From an uncultured Desulfobacteraceae bacterium (GTDB lineage: Bacteria; Desulfobacterota; Desulfobacteria; Desulfobacterales; UBA11574): a stretch of 64,000 bases of DNA. The position numbers and the translations under genes are program-made. Shown piece by piece: positions 11,408-20,716 of the stretch (the stretch's first letter is position 1; each line of letters begins with the position of its first letter). The notes beneath the pieces were generated by a model. That model saw only the letters and a list, made by a program, of their open reading frames with translations. It was not told the DNA's origin and did no database searches. The DNA lies in NCBI GenBank assembly GCA_964591175.1, contig CAZQAF010000001.1, forward strand, positions 12,879 to 76,878, read 5' to 3'.

Positions 11408-11755
11408 TTAAGCTAATAGGTCTTTGATTTTTTGAAGTTCTGCGGCGATTTCTTGAAGAATATCGGCGGAAGGCGATTCTTTTTCCGCCGGAGACTGCGC
11501 TTTCAAATATTGTTTGGCGCCTTGAATGGTAAATTTTTTTTCATATAAAAGATGTTTGATCCACAAAATCAGTTCCACATCTTTTTTCCGGTACAATCTC
11601 TGTCCCGAAGGGGTTCGTTTGGGATTTATTTTCTTGAATTCGGACTCCCAGAATCTTAATACATACGCCGGCACGCCGACGATTGAACTGACTTCTCCGA
11701 CCTTGAAATATAACTTATCCGGCAATTCTTTATGACAGGACGGTTTGTTTTGCAT
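11408..11755 (-). CDS. MerR family transcriptional regulator
   Basis: 115 aa; YFKVGEVSSIVGVPAYVLRFWESEFKKINPKRTPSGQRLYRKKDV is the MerR-type winged HTH. Confidence 0.8.
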   Translation of the reverse strand: MQNKPSCHKELPDKLYFKVGEVSSIVGVPAYVLRFWESEFKKINPKRTPSGQRLYRKKDVELILWIKHLLYEKKFTIQGAKQYLKAQSPAEKESPSADILQEIAAELQKIKDLLA

Positions 11756-11774
11756 TTTTATGCGTCAAGAGCGG

Positions 11775-14195
11775 TTATATGGCCGGCAAGGTTGCATCAA
11801 AGGTTTTCATGAGCCGGGCCGTGATGTTTTTATGAATATCATTGACTCGGTTATCTTCCAAGGTTTCTTGTGAAGATCTGTAGGTCACTCTCAAAGAAAC
11901 ACTCTTTTTTCCCTTTGGAATCGGATTGCCTGCAAAAACGTCAAACAGATGCAGATTTTCCACCAGTTCCTCTTGGAACGATTCAACGCTGTAAATAATT
12001 TTATATGTTTCAATGTCATTGTCAATAATAAGCGTGATATCTCTCGATGTTGCCGGGAATTTTGGAATGGGACGGGCGGATTTTGCGTCCGGAATGGATT
12101 GAACCAGCCGGTCGAGGTCGAGTTCAAATATAAAAGCCGCTTGCTTCAAATCGTAATTGCGAATCACCTTGGGGGCAACCTCCCCAACCAGGCCCACGGG
12201 TTCATTTTCGTTGATAATCTGCGCTGTATGGCCGGGTTTTGTATAAAAACACGATGCTGCCGGCATTCGGGTAAATGCGGCATTTACGATACCGATGTTT
12301 TTTAACAGCTCTTCGACAATGCCTTTCATATCAAAAAAATCACACGCGACCTCTTTTGAAGACCAGGTCGAATCGATTCTATTTCCGGTCCAAAGCCCGG
12401 TGATCATCTCGACTTCATCCGGCTGGCGGTCTGTTTTGCCGGTGTGAAAGAAGGCATGACCGATTTCAAAAATTTTAAGATTCTTGTTTTGCTGTGACAG
12501 ATTGTATTTCATCGTTTGAAGAAGCCCCGGGATTAAAGAGGTGCGCATCACCGACTGGTCTTCTGAAATTGGGTTGAGAATATGGACCAGGTTTCTTTTG
12601 GGATCCTCGGCCGGGAGCTCGAGATGATCGCAGGATTGCTGGCTGATAAAACTGTAATTGATGGCTTCACTGAACCCCAGCCCGGTCATCATCGTTTTTA
12701 TCCGGTATCTGGACTCGATTTTTTTATCCGGGTGCCGGGCATCGGCCGGAATCAGCGGAAACGTCGTTTCGATGTTATTGTAACCGAACAGACGGGCGAT
12801 TTCTTCTGTAATATCTTCAAATCTTGCGATATCGACCCTGAAGGAAGGCGGTGTCACCCGAAACCTGTCCGGATCTATTTTTTCGACGTCAAACTCGATG
12901 GAATCCAAATAATCCTCTATGGCCTTGTCGTCCAGTCGGGTGCCCAGATGCCGATTCAACCGCCCGATGTTCACCTCGACGGTCTTTCCGGAAACGGGGG
13001 ACGGGTATTCATCGATGATGCCTTGAATGCATTTACCGCCGCCGATGTCGACAATCAGCTCCAAAGCCCGTTTTAACGCCGCGACGGTGCCGCCGGGATC
13101 CACACCGCGCTCGAAACGGTGAGAAGCATCCGTGCTCAATCCTGTTTTTTTGGATGTTTTTCGAATGCAGACCGGATCGAAATAGGCGCTTTCAAGCAGG
13201 ATGTTGGTTGTGGCGTCTTCAATTTCCGAATTGAGCCCGCCCATGACCCCTGCAAGGGCTACTGGTTTTTCGCCATCGCAAATCATCAGCATTTCCGGAT
13301 CGAGACGGCGTTCTTTCCCATCCAGGGTGACAAACGTTTCGTTTTCCCGGGCTGTCCGGACGACGATTCGATTCTCGGCAAGGCGATCGCAGTCAAAGGC
13401 ATGCAGGGGTTGCCCGGTTTCCATCATGACGAAGTTGGTAATATCCACAATATTGTTGATCGGTTTTAGACCCACCGACATCAACCGGTCCTGAAGCCAG
13501 AAGGGAGAAGGCTTAACGGCGATATCGAAAACGAGACCGGCGGCATATCTCGGACAGAGGTCGGTGTCCAGCAGGGTTACGGAAGTGCGATCGGCGATGT
13601 CGTCGGTCGATTCCGGCAGAGAAATTTCAGGGTATCTCACTTTTTTGCCGGACAGCGCGGCCACTTCACGGGCGATCCCGATGATGCTGAGGCAGTCCGG
13701 CCGGTTGGGCGTCAGGTCGATTTCCAGCACCGGGTCCGAGAGTCCCAGGGCTTTATTCAGCGAATCACCTTCGGACAGGCGACCGTTCAGTTCCATAATC
13801 CCGCTTCCGTTGTCTCCGAGCCCCAACTCGAGCTCGCTGCAGAGCATTCCTTCCGAGGTTTTTCCGCGAATGGTGCTTTTTTCAAGAACGATGCCCCTGG
13901 GGAACACCGTGCCCGGAAGCGCGCACGGCGCAAGCATATCCGTTTTGACATTCGGCGCGCCGCAAACCACGGGAATGATACTGGCCCCGATATTTACATC
14001 GCAAAGTTTTAACGTGTCGGCGTTGGGGTGGGGGGTCACATTGACGATCCGGCCCACGCGAACAGTGTTTAACTGTTCGTACCGGTCCGATACGGCTTCG
14101 ACTTCAAGACCGGCCATGGTAAGGGCGTCCGCCAATTCATCGACGCTCAGGTTCAGATCCACATATGCCTGCAACCAGCTTAAACTGACCTTCAT
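11775..14195 (-). CDS. pheT: phenylalanine--tRNA ligase beta subunit
   Basis: 806 aa; MKVSLSWLQAYVDL… N-terminus, with tRNA-binding, B3/4, B5 and FDX-ACB regions recognisable. Directly follows pheS. Confidence 0.95.
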   Translation of the reverse strand: MKVSLSWLQAYVDLNLSVDELADALTMAGLEVEAVSDRYEQLNTVRVGRIVNVTPHPNADTLKLCDVNIGASIIPVVCGAPNVKTDMLAPCALPGTVFPRGIVLEKSTIRGKTSEGMLCSELELGLGDNGSGIMELNGRLSEGDSLNKALGLSDPVLEIDLTPNRPDCLSIIGIAREVAALSGKKVRYPEISLPESTDDIADRTSVTLLDTDLCPRYAAGLVFDIAVKPSPFWLQDRLMSVGLKPINNIVDITNFVMMETGQPLHAFDCDRLAENRIVVRTARENETFVTLDGKERRLDPEMLMICDGEKPVALAGVMGGLNSEIEDATTNILLESAYFDPVCIRKTSKKTGLSTDASHRFERGVDPGGTVAALKRALELIVDIGGGKCIQGIIDEYPSPVSGKTVEVNIGRLNRHLGTRLDDKAIEDYLDSIEFDVEKIDPDRFRVTPPSFRVDIARFEDITEEIARLFGYNNIETTFPLIPADARHPDKKIESRYRIKTMMTGLGFSEAINYSFISQQSCDHLELPAEDPKRNLVHILNPISEDQSVMRTSLIPGLLQTMKYNLSQQNKNLKIFEIGHAFFHTGKTDRQPDEVEMITGLWTGNRIDSTWSSKEVACDFFDMKGIVEELLKNIGIVNAAFTRMPAASCFYTKPGHTAQIINENEPVGLVGEVAPKVIRNYDLKQAAFIFELDLDRLVQSIPDAKSARPIPKFPATSRDITLIIDNDIETYKIIYSVESFQEELVENLHLFDVFAGNPIPKGKKSVSLRVTYRSSQETLEDNRVNDIHKNITARLMKTFDATLPAI

Positions 14196-14196
14196 A

Positions 14197-15204
14197 TTAA
14201 AACTGCCTTAGAAATCTTAGATCGTTTTCAAAATACTTACGGATGTCGTCGATACCGTATTTCAGCATGGCAATTCGTTCCACGCCCATCCCGAAAGCAA
14301 ATCCGGAATAGCGGGTCGTGTCGTATCCGACATTTTCAAAGACGGCGGGGTGAACCATTCCCGAACCCAGCACTTCTATCCAGCCGGTGTTTGAACATAC
14401 CCTGCACCCCGTCCCTTTGCAGATCACGCAACGGATATCGACTTCGGCACTCGGTTCGGTAAAAGGGAAATAACTGGGCCGGAACCTTAAACCGGTTTCA
14501 GGGTCGAACATCTGATGGACAAAGGTGGTCAATATGCCTTTTAAATCCCCGAAGGATATATTCCTGTCAACCAGGAGCCCTTCCACCTGATGGAACATGG
14601 GGGTGTGCGTCAGGTCGGAGTCGCATCGGTAGACCTTGCCGGGAGCGACAATTCTCACCGGCGGTCGCTGCTTTTCCATGATTCGGGGTTGAGTCGGCGA
14701 GGTATGGGTTCTTAAAACAATGGCATTGGAAATATAAAACGTATCCTGCATATCCCGTGCAGGATGGTTTTGGGGGATATTCAGCGCTTCAAAATTATAA
14801 TAATCGGTTTCAACCTCCGGGCCTTCGGCAACATCAAATCCCAGGCGGGTGAAAATGTCGCAGATTTTTTGGTTGATCTGGGTAATCGGATGTAAAGATC
14901 CTCTCGGCGTCACTCTTCCAGGGAGTGACACATCGATCCAATCATCGCTTTCCCGGGATGATGATTCAAGATGCATCAGGGTTTTTTTAAATAATGCATC
15001 CAGATTTTTTTTGGCTTCGTTTGCCTTTTTCCCCGCTTCCGGTCTGATTTGGGCGGGCAGGCTGGAAATGTTTCTTAAAAATTGAGTGACGGCTCCCTTT
15101 CGACCCAGGTATTTGATAGAAATGGTTTTGACGTCTTCTGCATCGCGGGCGGATTCGAGTTCTTTCAGCGCTTCCCGATGAATCTGTTGTATTGTTTTTT
15201 CCAA
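14197..15204 (-). CDS. pheS: phenylalanine--tRNA ligase alpha subunit
   Basis: Class II core motifs are present (…FRPSYFPFTEPSAEVDI…, GFAFGMGVERIAMLKYGI). The track start (15321) would overlap rplT by 95 nt. An in-frame TTG at 15204 gives MEKTIQQIHREALKELESARDAEDVKTISIKYLGRKG, the usual PheS N-terminal spacing. The start is uncertain. Confidence 0.85.
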   Translation of the reverse strand: MEKTIQQIHREALKELESARDAEDVKTISIKYLGRKGAVTQFLRNISSLPAQIRPEAGKKANEAKKNLDALFKKTLMHLESSSRESDDWIDVSLPGRVTPRGSLHPITQINQKICDIFTRLGFDVAEGPEVETDYYNFEALNIPQNHPARDMQDTFYISNAIVLRTHTSPTQPRIMEKQRPPVRIVAPGKVYRCDSDLTHTPMFHQVEGLLVDRNISFGDLKGILTTFVHQMFDPETGLRFRPSYFPFTEPSAEVDIRCVICKGTGCRVCSNTGWIEVLGSGMVHPAVFENVGYDTTRYSGFAFGMGVERIAMLKYGIDDIRKYFENDLRFLRQF

Positions 15205-15226
15205 TTTGGGGTCTATGTGTTTCGCG

Positions 15227-15577
15227 TTATAATTGTTCCGATGCCAGACCGGCGATTTGACGAAAACCCAATGGGTCGGATACCGCCAATTCAGCCAAAA
15301 CTTTTCGGTCCAATTCAACACCGGCCAGCTTCAACCCGTGAATGAATTTGCTATAGGACAGATTATTCATGCGTGCCCCGGCATTAATTCTGGCAATCCA
15401 GAGTTTTCTGTAATCACGCTTGCGCGTCCTGCGATCCCGATATGCATACATGAGTGCTTTATCGACAGCATCTGCAGCCGTACGGAATAACTTGCTTCGT
15501 CCCCCACGATAGCCTTTGGCGAGTTTTAAAACTTTTTTCCTGCGCCTTCTTGCTTTGTAACCTCTTTTGATTCGCAT
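15227..15577 (-). CDS. rplT: 50S ribosomal protein L20
   Basis: 116 aa; [32 protein letters not shown]… is canonical L20. Confidence 0.96.
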   Translation of the reverse strand: MRIKRGYKARRRRKKVLKLAKGYRGGRSKLFRTAADAVDKALMYAYRDRRTRKRDYRKLWIARINAGARMNNLSYSKFIHGLKLAGVELDRKVLAELAVSDPLGFRQIAGLASEQL

Positions 15578-15595
15578 ACCAATTCTCCTAATCCG

Positions 15596-15793
15596 TCATC
15601 CATTGGGAAGCAGCAGCTTAAGTGCTTTGACGTTGGTTTTATCGATAATATGACTTTTTCTTAACGTGCGTTTTCGCTTTGTGGTCTTTTTGGTCAAAAT
15701 ATGGTTTGCATGTGATTTTGAAAAAACATACTTACCGGTACCGGTTTTTTTAAATCGCTTTGCAGCGGCTCTATTTGTTTTTATTTTCGGCAT
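15596..15793 (-). CDS. rpmI: 50S ribosomal protein L35
   Basis: [36 protein letters not shown]… is canonical L35. The track start (15817) adds 8 aa that are probably not translated. Confidence 0.93.
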   Translation of the reverse strand: MPKIKTNRAAAKRFKKTGTGKYVFSKSHANHILTKKTTKRKRTLRKSHIIDKTNVKALKLLLPNG

Positions 15794-15913
15794 CTTCAGT
15801 CCTTTCAAGCGTTTCAAACAACGATAGCGTGAACCATCTCAGATTCAGCTCACGCCATCTTTGCGAGACCTCTTTATAAAAATAGTTAACAGTTGATCAT
15901 TTAACAAATAACG

Positions 15914-15951
15914 AAAAAACAGCGTCCTGCGAATCCGTCAACCCATCGCTG
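15914..15951 (-). terminator. weak terminator/attenuator-like hairpin plus U-tract between infC and rpmI
   Basis: The minus strand reads CAGCG-(22 nt)-CGCTG followed by TTTTTT. The stem is only 5 bp, so this is tentative. It sits in a 187-nt infC-rpmI spacer. Confidence 0.3.
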
Positions 15952-16004
15952 GCGATTGTTTCATATGAATTAATTAACGGGGTGTCAGGGCGTCTTTATT
16001 TTGA

Positions 16005-16547
16005 TTATGGTTTCGGCGCCAGGACCATAATCATTGTTCGACCCTCAAATTTGGGAGGTTGTTCGACAATCGCAATCTCTTCGGTTTCTTGAATAATCTT
16101 TTCCAGCAACTCCTTGCCCAGATCCGTGAGTGTAATTTCTCGTCCCCTGAACATGACGGTGACTTTGACTTTGTCTTTTCTGGTGATGAATTTATTAATG
16201 TGGCCGATCTTCGTTTTCAGATCATGGTCGCCGGTCTTTGGTCGAACCTTGATTTCCTTGAGTTGAAATGTGGTTTGTTTCTTTTTTGCCTCCTGTTTTT
16301 TCTTGGTTCGTTCATACTTGAACCGGCCGTAATCCATTATTTTACAAACGGGGGGACTTGCATTTGGAGAAATTTCCACCAGGTCAAGGCCAAAATCATT
16401 TGCAACGGCAATGGCTTTATAGGTTGGGATGATGCCGATCTGGTTTCCCTCGGGGTCGATCACCCGGACCTCTTTTGCCCTTATATTTCGATTGATATTT
16501 ATTTTGTCTGATCTGCTTGCCCGATCTGTACGTTTCGAATTAGCTAT
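16005..16547 (-). CDS. infC: translation initiation factor IF-3, probable non-canonical ATA start
   Basis: The track ORF starts at GTG 16463 (MIDPEGNQIG…), but the frame stays open upstream. It encodes (I)ANSKRTDRASRSDKININRNIRAKEVRV, the conserved IF-3 N-terminus. GGAGGTG lies 5 nt upstream of ATA 16547..16545. Confidence 0.85.
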   Translation of the reverse strand: MANSKRTDRASRSDKININRNIRAKEVRVIDPEGNQIGIIPTYKAIAVANDFGLDLVEISPNASPPVCKIMDYGRFKYERTKKKQEAKKKQTTFQLKEIKVRPKTGDHDLKTKIGHINKFITRKDKVKVTVMFRGREITLTDLGKELLEKIIQETEEIAIVEQPPKFEGRTMIMVLAPKP

Positions 16548-16703
16548 GCCTTCACCTCCTGAGCTAAAGATTTTTTTCGATCACGATATATGCAACACAC
16601 AAACCGTCGATTTCGCACCGTGATATTCTTCCTCAAAGTGAGACTTGAAATATATAACAACGTTAATAAATGCAAGAAAAAAATGCAAGAAAATAAAACC
16701 GCT

Positions 16704-17222
16704 TTACTGTTGAATCGTATATTGGGCCAAAAGACTATTTTGCCAGTACGAATTTTCGAGATTATTGAAAAACGTTTTAAAGAGTGTCAGACTTTCTTGA
16801 CGCATAATATGCGGTACAATGGTTATGCCATTGTTTTTATACAGGGGTGTCATTTTTGACAAATCACAGCGTGTTCCGCCGCCCATGACGTCTTCGTAAG
16901 CATACACCACTTTACGGATGCCGCTGAGCATCATTGCACCCAGGCACATCAGACAGGGTTCCATGGTTGTATATAGAACGATTTCCATGCTGTTTGCAGC
17001 GATTTCCATATCTGCCAACCGTTTCAAAGCCATCATTTCCGCATGTTCGATTTCATTGGGATATTGTCCGGCCGTGCCTTTTCTGGCGCCTGTCGCCAGA
17101 ACCCGGTTTTGATGGACCAGGACGCATCCGACAGGGAATTCTCCGGCATCCAACGCATTTTGGGCCTGTTCCAGGGCCTTTTTCATGAAATGTTCATAGT
17201 TCGTGTTTCTATTTGAGCGCAT
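16704..17222 (-). CDS. nucleoside/nucleotide deaminase, CDA (TadA/guanine-deaminase-like) family
   Basis: 172 aa; zinc motifs HAEMMAL and PCLMCLGAM (H-A-E … P-C-x2-C). Confidence 0.8.
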   Translation of the reverse strand: MRSNRNTNYEHFMKKALEQAQNALDAGEFPVGCVLVHQNRVLATGARKGTAGQYPNEIEHAEMMALKRLADMEIAANSMEIVLYTTMEPCLMCLGAMMLSGIRKVVYAYEDVMGGGTRCDLSKMTPLYKNNGITIVPHIMRQESLTLFKTFFNNLENSYWQNSLLAQYTIQQ

Positions 17223-17265
17223 ACCCTATACCCCTGCCGTCAGAAATATTACAAAGCCTTCTGGT

Positions 17266-17396
17266 AAGTGCCTAAAGTTTGAAGTGATCTAAAGTGCCTA
17301 AAGTTAAGGTATGTTATCCATTTTGGTTGTAATTGATCGTGCTGAAAGCGCGTTCCACAACTTTAGCTCATTTCAGGCATTTCAAACTTCAAACTT
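17266..17396. repeat. intergenic word-repeat / long imperfect inverted repeat
   Basis: aagtgcctaaagtt occurs twice (17266..17279 and 17292..17305). The right arm, aactttagctcatttcaggcatttcaaacttcaaactt (17359..17396), is an imperfect reverse complement. The reverse complement of the right arm closely matches 32587..32615. Confidence 0.6.
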
Positions 17397-17410
17397 ATGA
17401 ATATTGGTTC

Positions 17411-17977
17411 TTAGTCCAACCGGCATATGGTGTCATCGCAGGGACAACTGTCATCGACTTCAAACGCATAAAGGATTCTCGCTTCCATTTCGATTTGCTT
17501 GTCCGAGAGTCGGTCAAAGCGGGCGCTTCGGGCAATTTCGACAAGTTCGGACTTGGCGGGAATCGATTCGAGGCCGCGCCCGATGATGCTGCCGGTTGTG
17601 CCATCAATGATATCCGCATCCAGACCGTTGGAAACCACGACAATCGGCACCGAATACAATGCCAGAAGTCTCGACGCCGCCAAGGCCGGCCGGTGCCGGG
17701 TAGTGAGCGATCCGGGGCCGTATTTCACGATCATGCAAATTTTATCAAAAAGAGAGATCGTGTAGTCGATGGTGATCATCGCTGATTTATCGACGGCTTT
17801 AAAAAAGAGTTCGCGGCGGGCGTCGATGTCTTTTTTAGGATATCCCTTGTGCTCCACCAGCAGACGGGCGAGCGATTGTCTATATCTTTCGTCATGGGTG
17901 TCGCAAATCGTGCTGCCGGTGATAAAGTCGACGCGCTTGCCGAGAATGAGATGATGTCCTTTTTTTTCTTCCAACAT
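17411..17977 (-). CDS. HsdR_N-like (type I restriction enzyme R N-terminal, PD-(D/E)xK-like) domain protein
   Basis: 188 aa; HHLILGKRVDFITGSTICDTHDERYRQSLARLLVEHKGYPKKDI… resembles stand-alone HsdR N-terminal domain proteins as I remember them. Not verifiable here. Confidence 0.5.
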   Translation of the reverse strand: MLEEKKGHHLILGKRVDFITGSTICDTHDERYRQSLARLLVEHKGYPKKDIDARRELFFKAVDKSAMITIDYTISLFDKICMIVKYGPGSLTTRHRPALAASRLLALYSVPIVVVSNGLDADIIDGTTGSIIGRGLESIPAKSELVEIARSARFDRLSDKQIEMEARILYAFEVDDSCPCDDTICRLD

Positions 17978-18126
17978 GGATCGCGTGAACCTATGGCTTA
18001 TTTTTTTGGCCTAAATTGCATAAAACTTAACACGGTTGTATAATAAAGACTAAAATATGGTTTACGGATTGTAAAGTATCAAATATTCCTTTACAATACA
18101 AAATTCTTGTGAATAGGTTTGATGTC

Positions 18127-19182
18127 ATGAGTATTCGTGAAGATTTTGAAAAACGTGAAGAAGGCTTTATTTCTCCTTTTGGATGCCGGAGCGCCGAATC
18201 CCGTGGCCGCATTAGAGAAGAGGCTCCGTGTCCCATCAGAACGGCATTTCAGGTGGATAAGGATAGAATTGTCTATTGCAATGCCTTCAGGCGGTTAAAA
18301 TACAAAACCCAGGTGTTTCTCTCCCCGTTGGGCGACGAATACCGAACCCGTTTGACCCATACCCTTGAAGTGTCGGAAATCGCAAGAACCATAGCCCGGG
18401 CCATGCGCCTGAACGAGGACCTGGTGGAAGCCATTGCATTGGGTCATGACCTGGGCCATACTCCCTTCGGACACGGGGGTGAAACGATTCTCAAAGAGAT
18501 ATTTTCCCAGGATTTTTCCCATAAAGCACAGAGCCTTCGCGTGGTGGATATCCTGGAAAACAACGGCAAGGGCTTGAATCTGACCTATGAAGTTCGCGAC
18601 GGGATTTTGAAGCACTCCAAAGGATATGGGAAGATCCTTCCCGATGATCCCGGGGAACAGGCATATACCGTTGAAGGCAATATTGTCCGCATCGCCGATA
18701 TTATGGCCTATTTGAATCACGACCTGGATGATGCCATCCGGAGCGGTGTTATCGGCTCCCATCAGGTGCCGGATTCGTGCATCAAGATTCTTGGGCAGAC
18801 ACACTCCGAACGCGCCAATACCATGATCAAAGATCTTGTATTTACGTCCCATGTCGAAAACGGCAAGCTGGTGCTGCAAATGAGCGATGAGGTGTATTCC
18901 AGCATGACCGTATTAAGGGAGTTCCTGTATGAAAAGGTCTATCGTTCACCCCGGGTGCACAAGGAGTTTATAAAAGCAAAAAAAATTTTGTCCGAACTTT
19001 ATACATGTTTTTTGGAAAATGAGGATTTGCTGCAAAAAGGGCTCAAAGATATGAGAATGTCGGGATGCAATCACAACAACCAATCCCACGAAAGAATCGT
19101 TTGTGATTTCATTGCCAGCATGACGGATCGATATGCGCTGACCCTTTATGAAAAAATCTTTTTCCCTTCGCCGCAGTTTTGA
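18127..19182 (+). CDS. dGTP triphosphohydrolase-like HD-domain protein
   Basis: …RTRLTHTLEVSEIARTIARAMRLNEDLVEAIALGHDLGHTPFGHGGE… is the HD motif of the Dgt family. The ATG at 18127 (MSIREDFEKRE…) is preferred over the track's GTG at 18109. Confidence 0.85.
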   Translation: MSIREDFEKREEGFISPFGCRSAESRGRIREEAPCPIRTAFQVDKDRIVYCNAFRRLKYKTQVFLSPLGDEYRTRLTHTLEVSEIARTIARAMRLNEDLVEAIALGHDLGHTPFGHGGETILKEIFSQDFSHKAQSLRVVDILENNGKGLNLTYEVRDGILKHSKGYGKILPDDPGEQAYTVEGNIVRIADIMAYLNHDLDDAIRSGVIGSHQVPDSCIKILGQTHSERANTMIKDLVFTSHVENGKLVLQMSDEVYSSMTVLREFLYEKVYRSPRVHKEFIKAKKILSELYTCFLENEDLLQKGLKDMRMSGCNHNNQSHERIVCDFIASMTDRYALTLYEKIFFPSPQF

Positions 19183-19193
19183 CGTGATCGTAT

Positions 19194-19814
19194 ATGCACC
19201 TGCCATTGATGACATCAGACGTAAAGATCGGAATCGACCCTGACGACGGCACTCCTTTTTTAGATCGCTTGGATATCCTTTATACGGCTATGGATCGAAA
19301 GTACCAAGCGGCAGCGGATTATTACGGGTTCCAATGCAACGGTTGTGAAGACAATTGTTGTTATACGCGTTTTTATCACTACACCCTCCTGGAATACCTG
19401 TATATCCGGAAAGGATACCATTTGCTCGATAGGAAAAGACAGGCCGAAGTCAAGCACAGCGCCCTGGATGTCTGCCGGAAAACAGCGGCGGCCGATAAAA
19501 AGGGGAGAGCGGTAAAACTGATGTGCCCTGTCAACATTGCCGGCTTGTGCTTGCTCTATGCGTATCGGCCGATGATATGTCGTTTGCATGGAATTCCTCA
19601 CGAGCTGACCATTCCCGGCCGAGGAATATCGAAGGCTTCGGGGTGCGGCGATTTTGTCCGGAAATGTTCTGGAAAACCGTATTACAAATTTGACCGAACC
19701 CCCTTTTACACCCAAATGGCAGCGCTGGAAAAGGCGCTGAGACAGTCGGTACGCGGGATGCACAAGATTAAAATGACGGTTGCGGAGATGGTCGCAACAT
19801 TTGAAAATAAGTGA
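19194..19814 (+). CDS. cysteine-cluster protein, YkgJ/UPF0153 (CxxCxxCC-type) family, paralog A
   Basis: 206 aa; FQCNGCEDNCCYTRFYH … LMCPVNIAGLCLLYAYRPMICRLHG. Confidence 0.65.
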   Translation: MHLPLMTSDVKIGIDPDDGTPFLDRLDILYTAMDRKYQAAADYYGFQCNGCEDNCCYTRFYHYTLLEYLYIRKGYHLLDRKRQAEVKHSALDVCRKTAAADKKGRAVKLMCPVNIAGLCLLYAYRPMICRLHGIPHELTIPGRGISKASGCGDFVRKCSGKPYYKFDRTPFYTQMAALEKALRQSVRGMHKIKMTVAEMVATFENK

Positions 19815-19865
19815 TGACGTCGCTCCGGTTCAAAAATCGGTGTTCAAATTCTGGAAATCAATGAT

Positions 19866-20648
19866 ATGAAATATATAGACCTTAATGAAATCGACAAACT
19901 GCCCGGCAGAAGACTTGAAAAAAACGACACCTTTAATTTTCGATGTTATCCTGAAATTGCCTGCTTTAACCGATGCTGTCGCAATTTAAATCTTTTCCTA
20001 TATCCTTATGACATTGTGCGCCTGAAAAAAAAGTTGAATGTGACGTCCGATGCGTTTTTGGAAAAATATGTGGATATTGTTTTGAGGCCTTCCAATTTTT
20101 TCCCGGAAGTTCTGTTGAGCATGGCCGACAACCCCGAGAAAACCTGTCCTTTTTTACGGCCTTCCGGATGTTCGGTGTATCCGGATCGTCCGGATGCGTG
20201 CCGTGCATTTCCCGTGGAACAGGGCGTACTATATGATGTTGCGCAGGATAAGACAGAAACCATTCATTTTTTCAGACCCCCTGATTTTTGCCTGGGACAA
20301 GACGAAGAAAGCGTGTGGACCACCCGTACGTGGTCGGATGATCAGGATGCGAAGGTGTATCATGAAATGACCGCCCGCTGGTCGGAACTCAAGCGATTGT
20401 TCCAAACAGACCCCTGGGGTTCCCAGGGTGCGGACGGGCCCAAGGCGAAGATGGCTTTTATGGCCACATACAACATGGATCAATTCCGGGAATTTTTGTT
20501 TAAAAGCACCTTTTTAAAGCGGTACAAGGTAAAACCCAAAGTTTTAAAACGGATTCGATATAACGAAGCTGAATTGATGAAGTTCGGTTTCCAGTGGGTC
20601 AAATTTTACGTCTGGGGGATTCCGTCCAAGGACTTCAGATTGAGGTAG
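19866..20648 (+). CDS. cysteine-cluster protein, YkgJ/UPF0153-like, paralog B
   Basis: 260 aa; FRCYPEIACFNRCCRNLNLFLYPYDIVRLKKKL … CPFLRPSGCSVYPDRPDACRAFP. Clearly paralogous to 21538..22275. Confidence 0.65.
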   Translation: MKYIDLNEIDKLPGRRLEKNDTFNFRCYPEIACFNRCCRNLNLFLYPYDIVRLKKKLNVTSDAFLEKYVDIVLRPSNFFPEVLLSMADNPEKTCPFLRPSGCSVYPDRPDACRAFPVEQGVLYDVAQDKTETIHFFRPPDFCLGQDEESVWTTRTWSDDQDAKVYHEMTARWSELKRLFQTDPWGSQGADGPKAKMAFMATYNMDQFREFLFKSTFLKRYKVKPKVLKRIRYNEAELMKFGFQWVKFYVWGIPSKDFRLR

Positions 20649-20716
20649 CCGATATATTTCATCAAAACAAATCCGATCTGAAAAAAAGCAAAGGCGTGCC
20701 CTTTGGGACAGCATGA

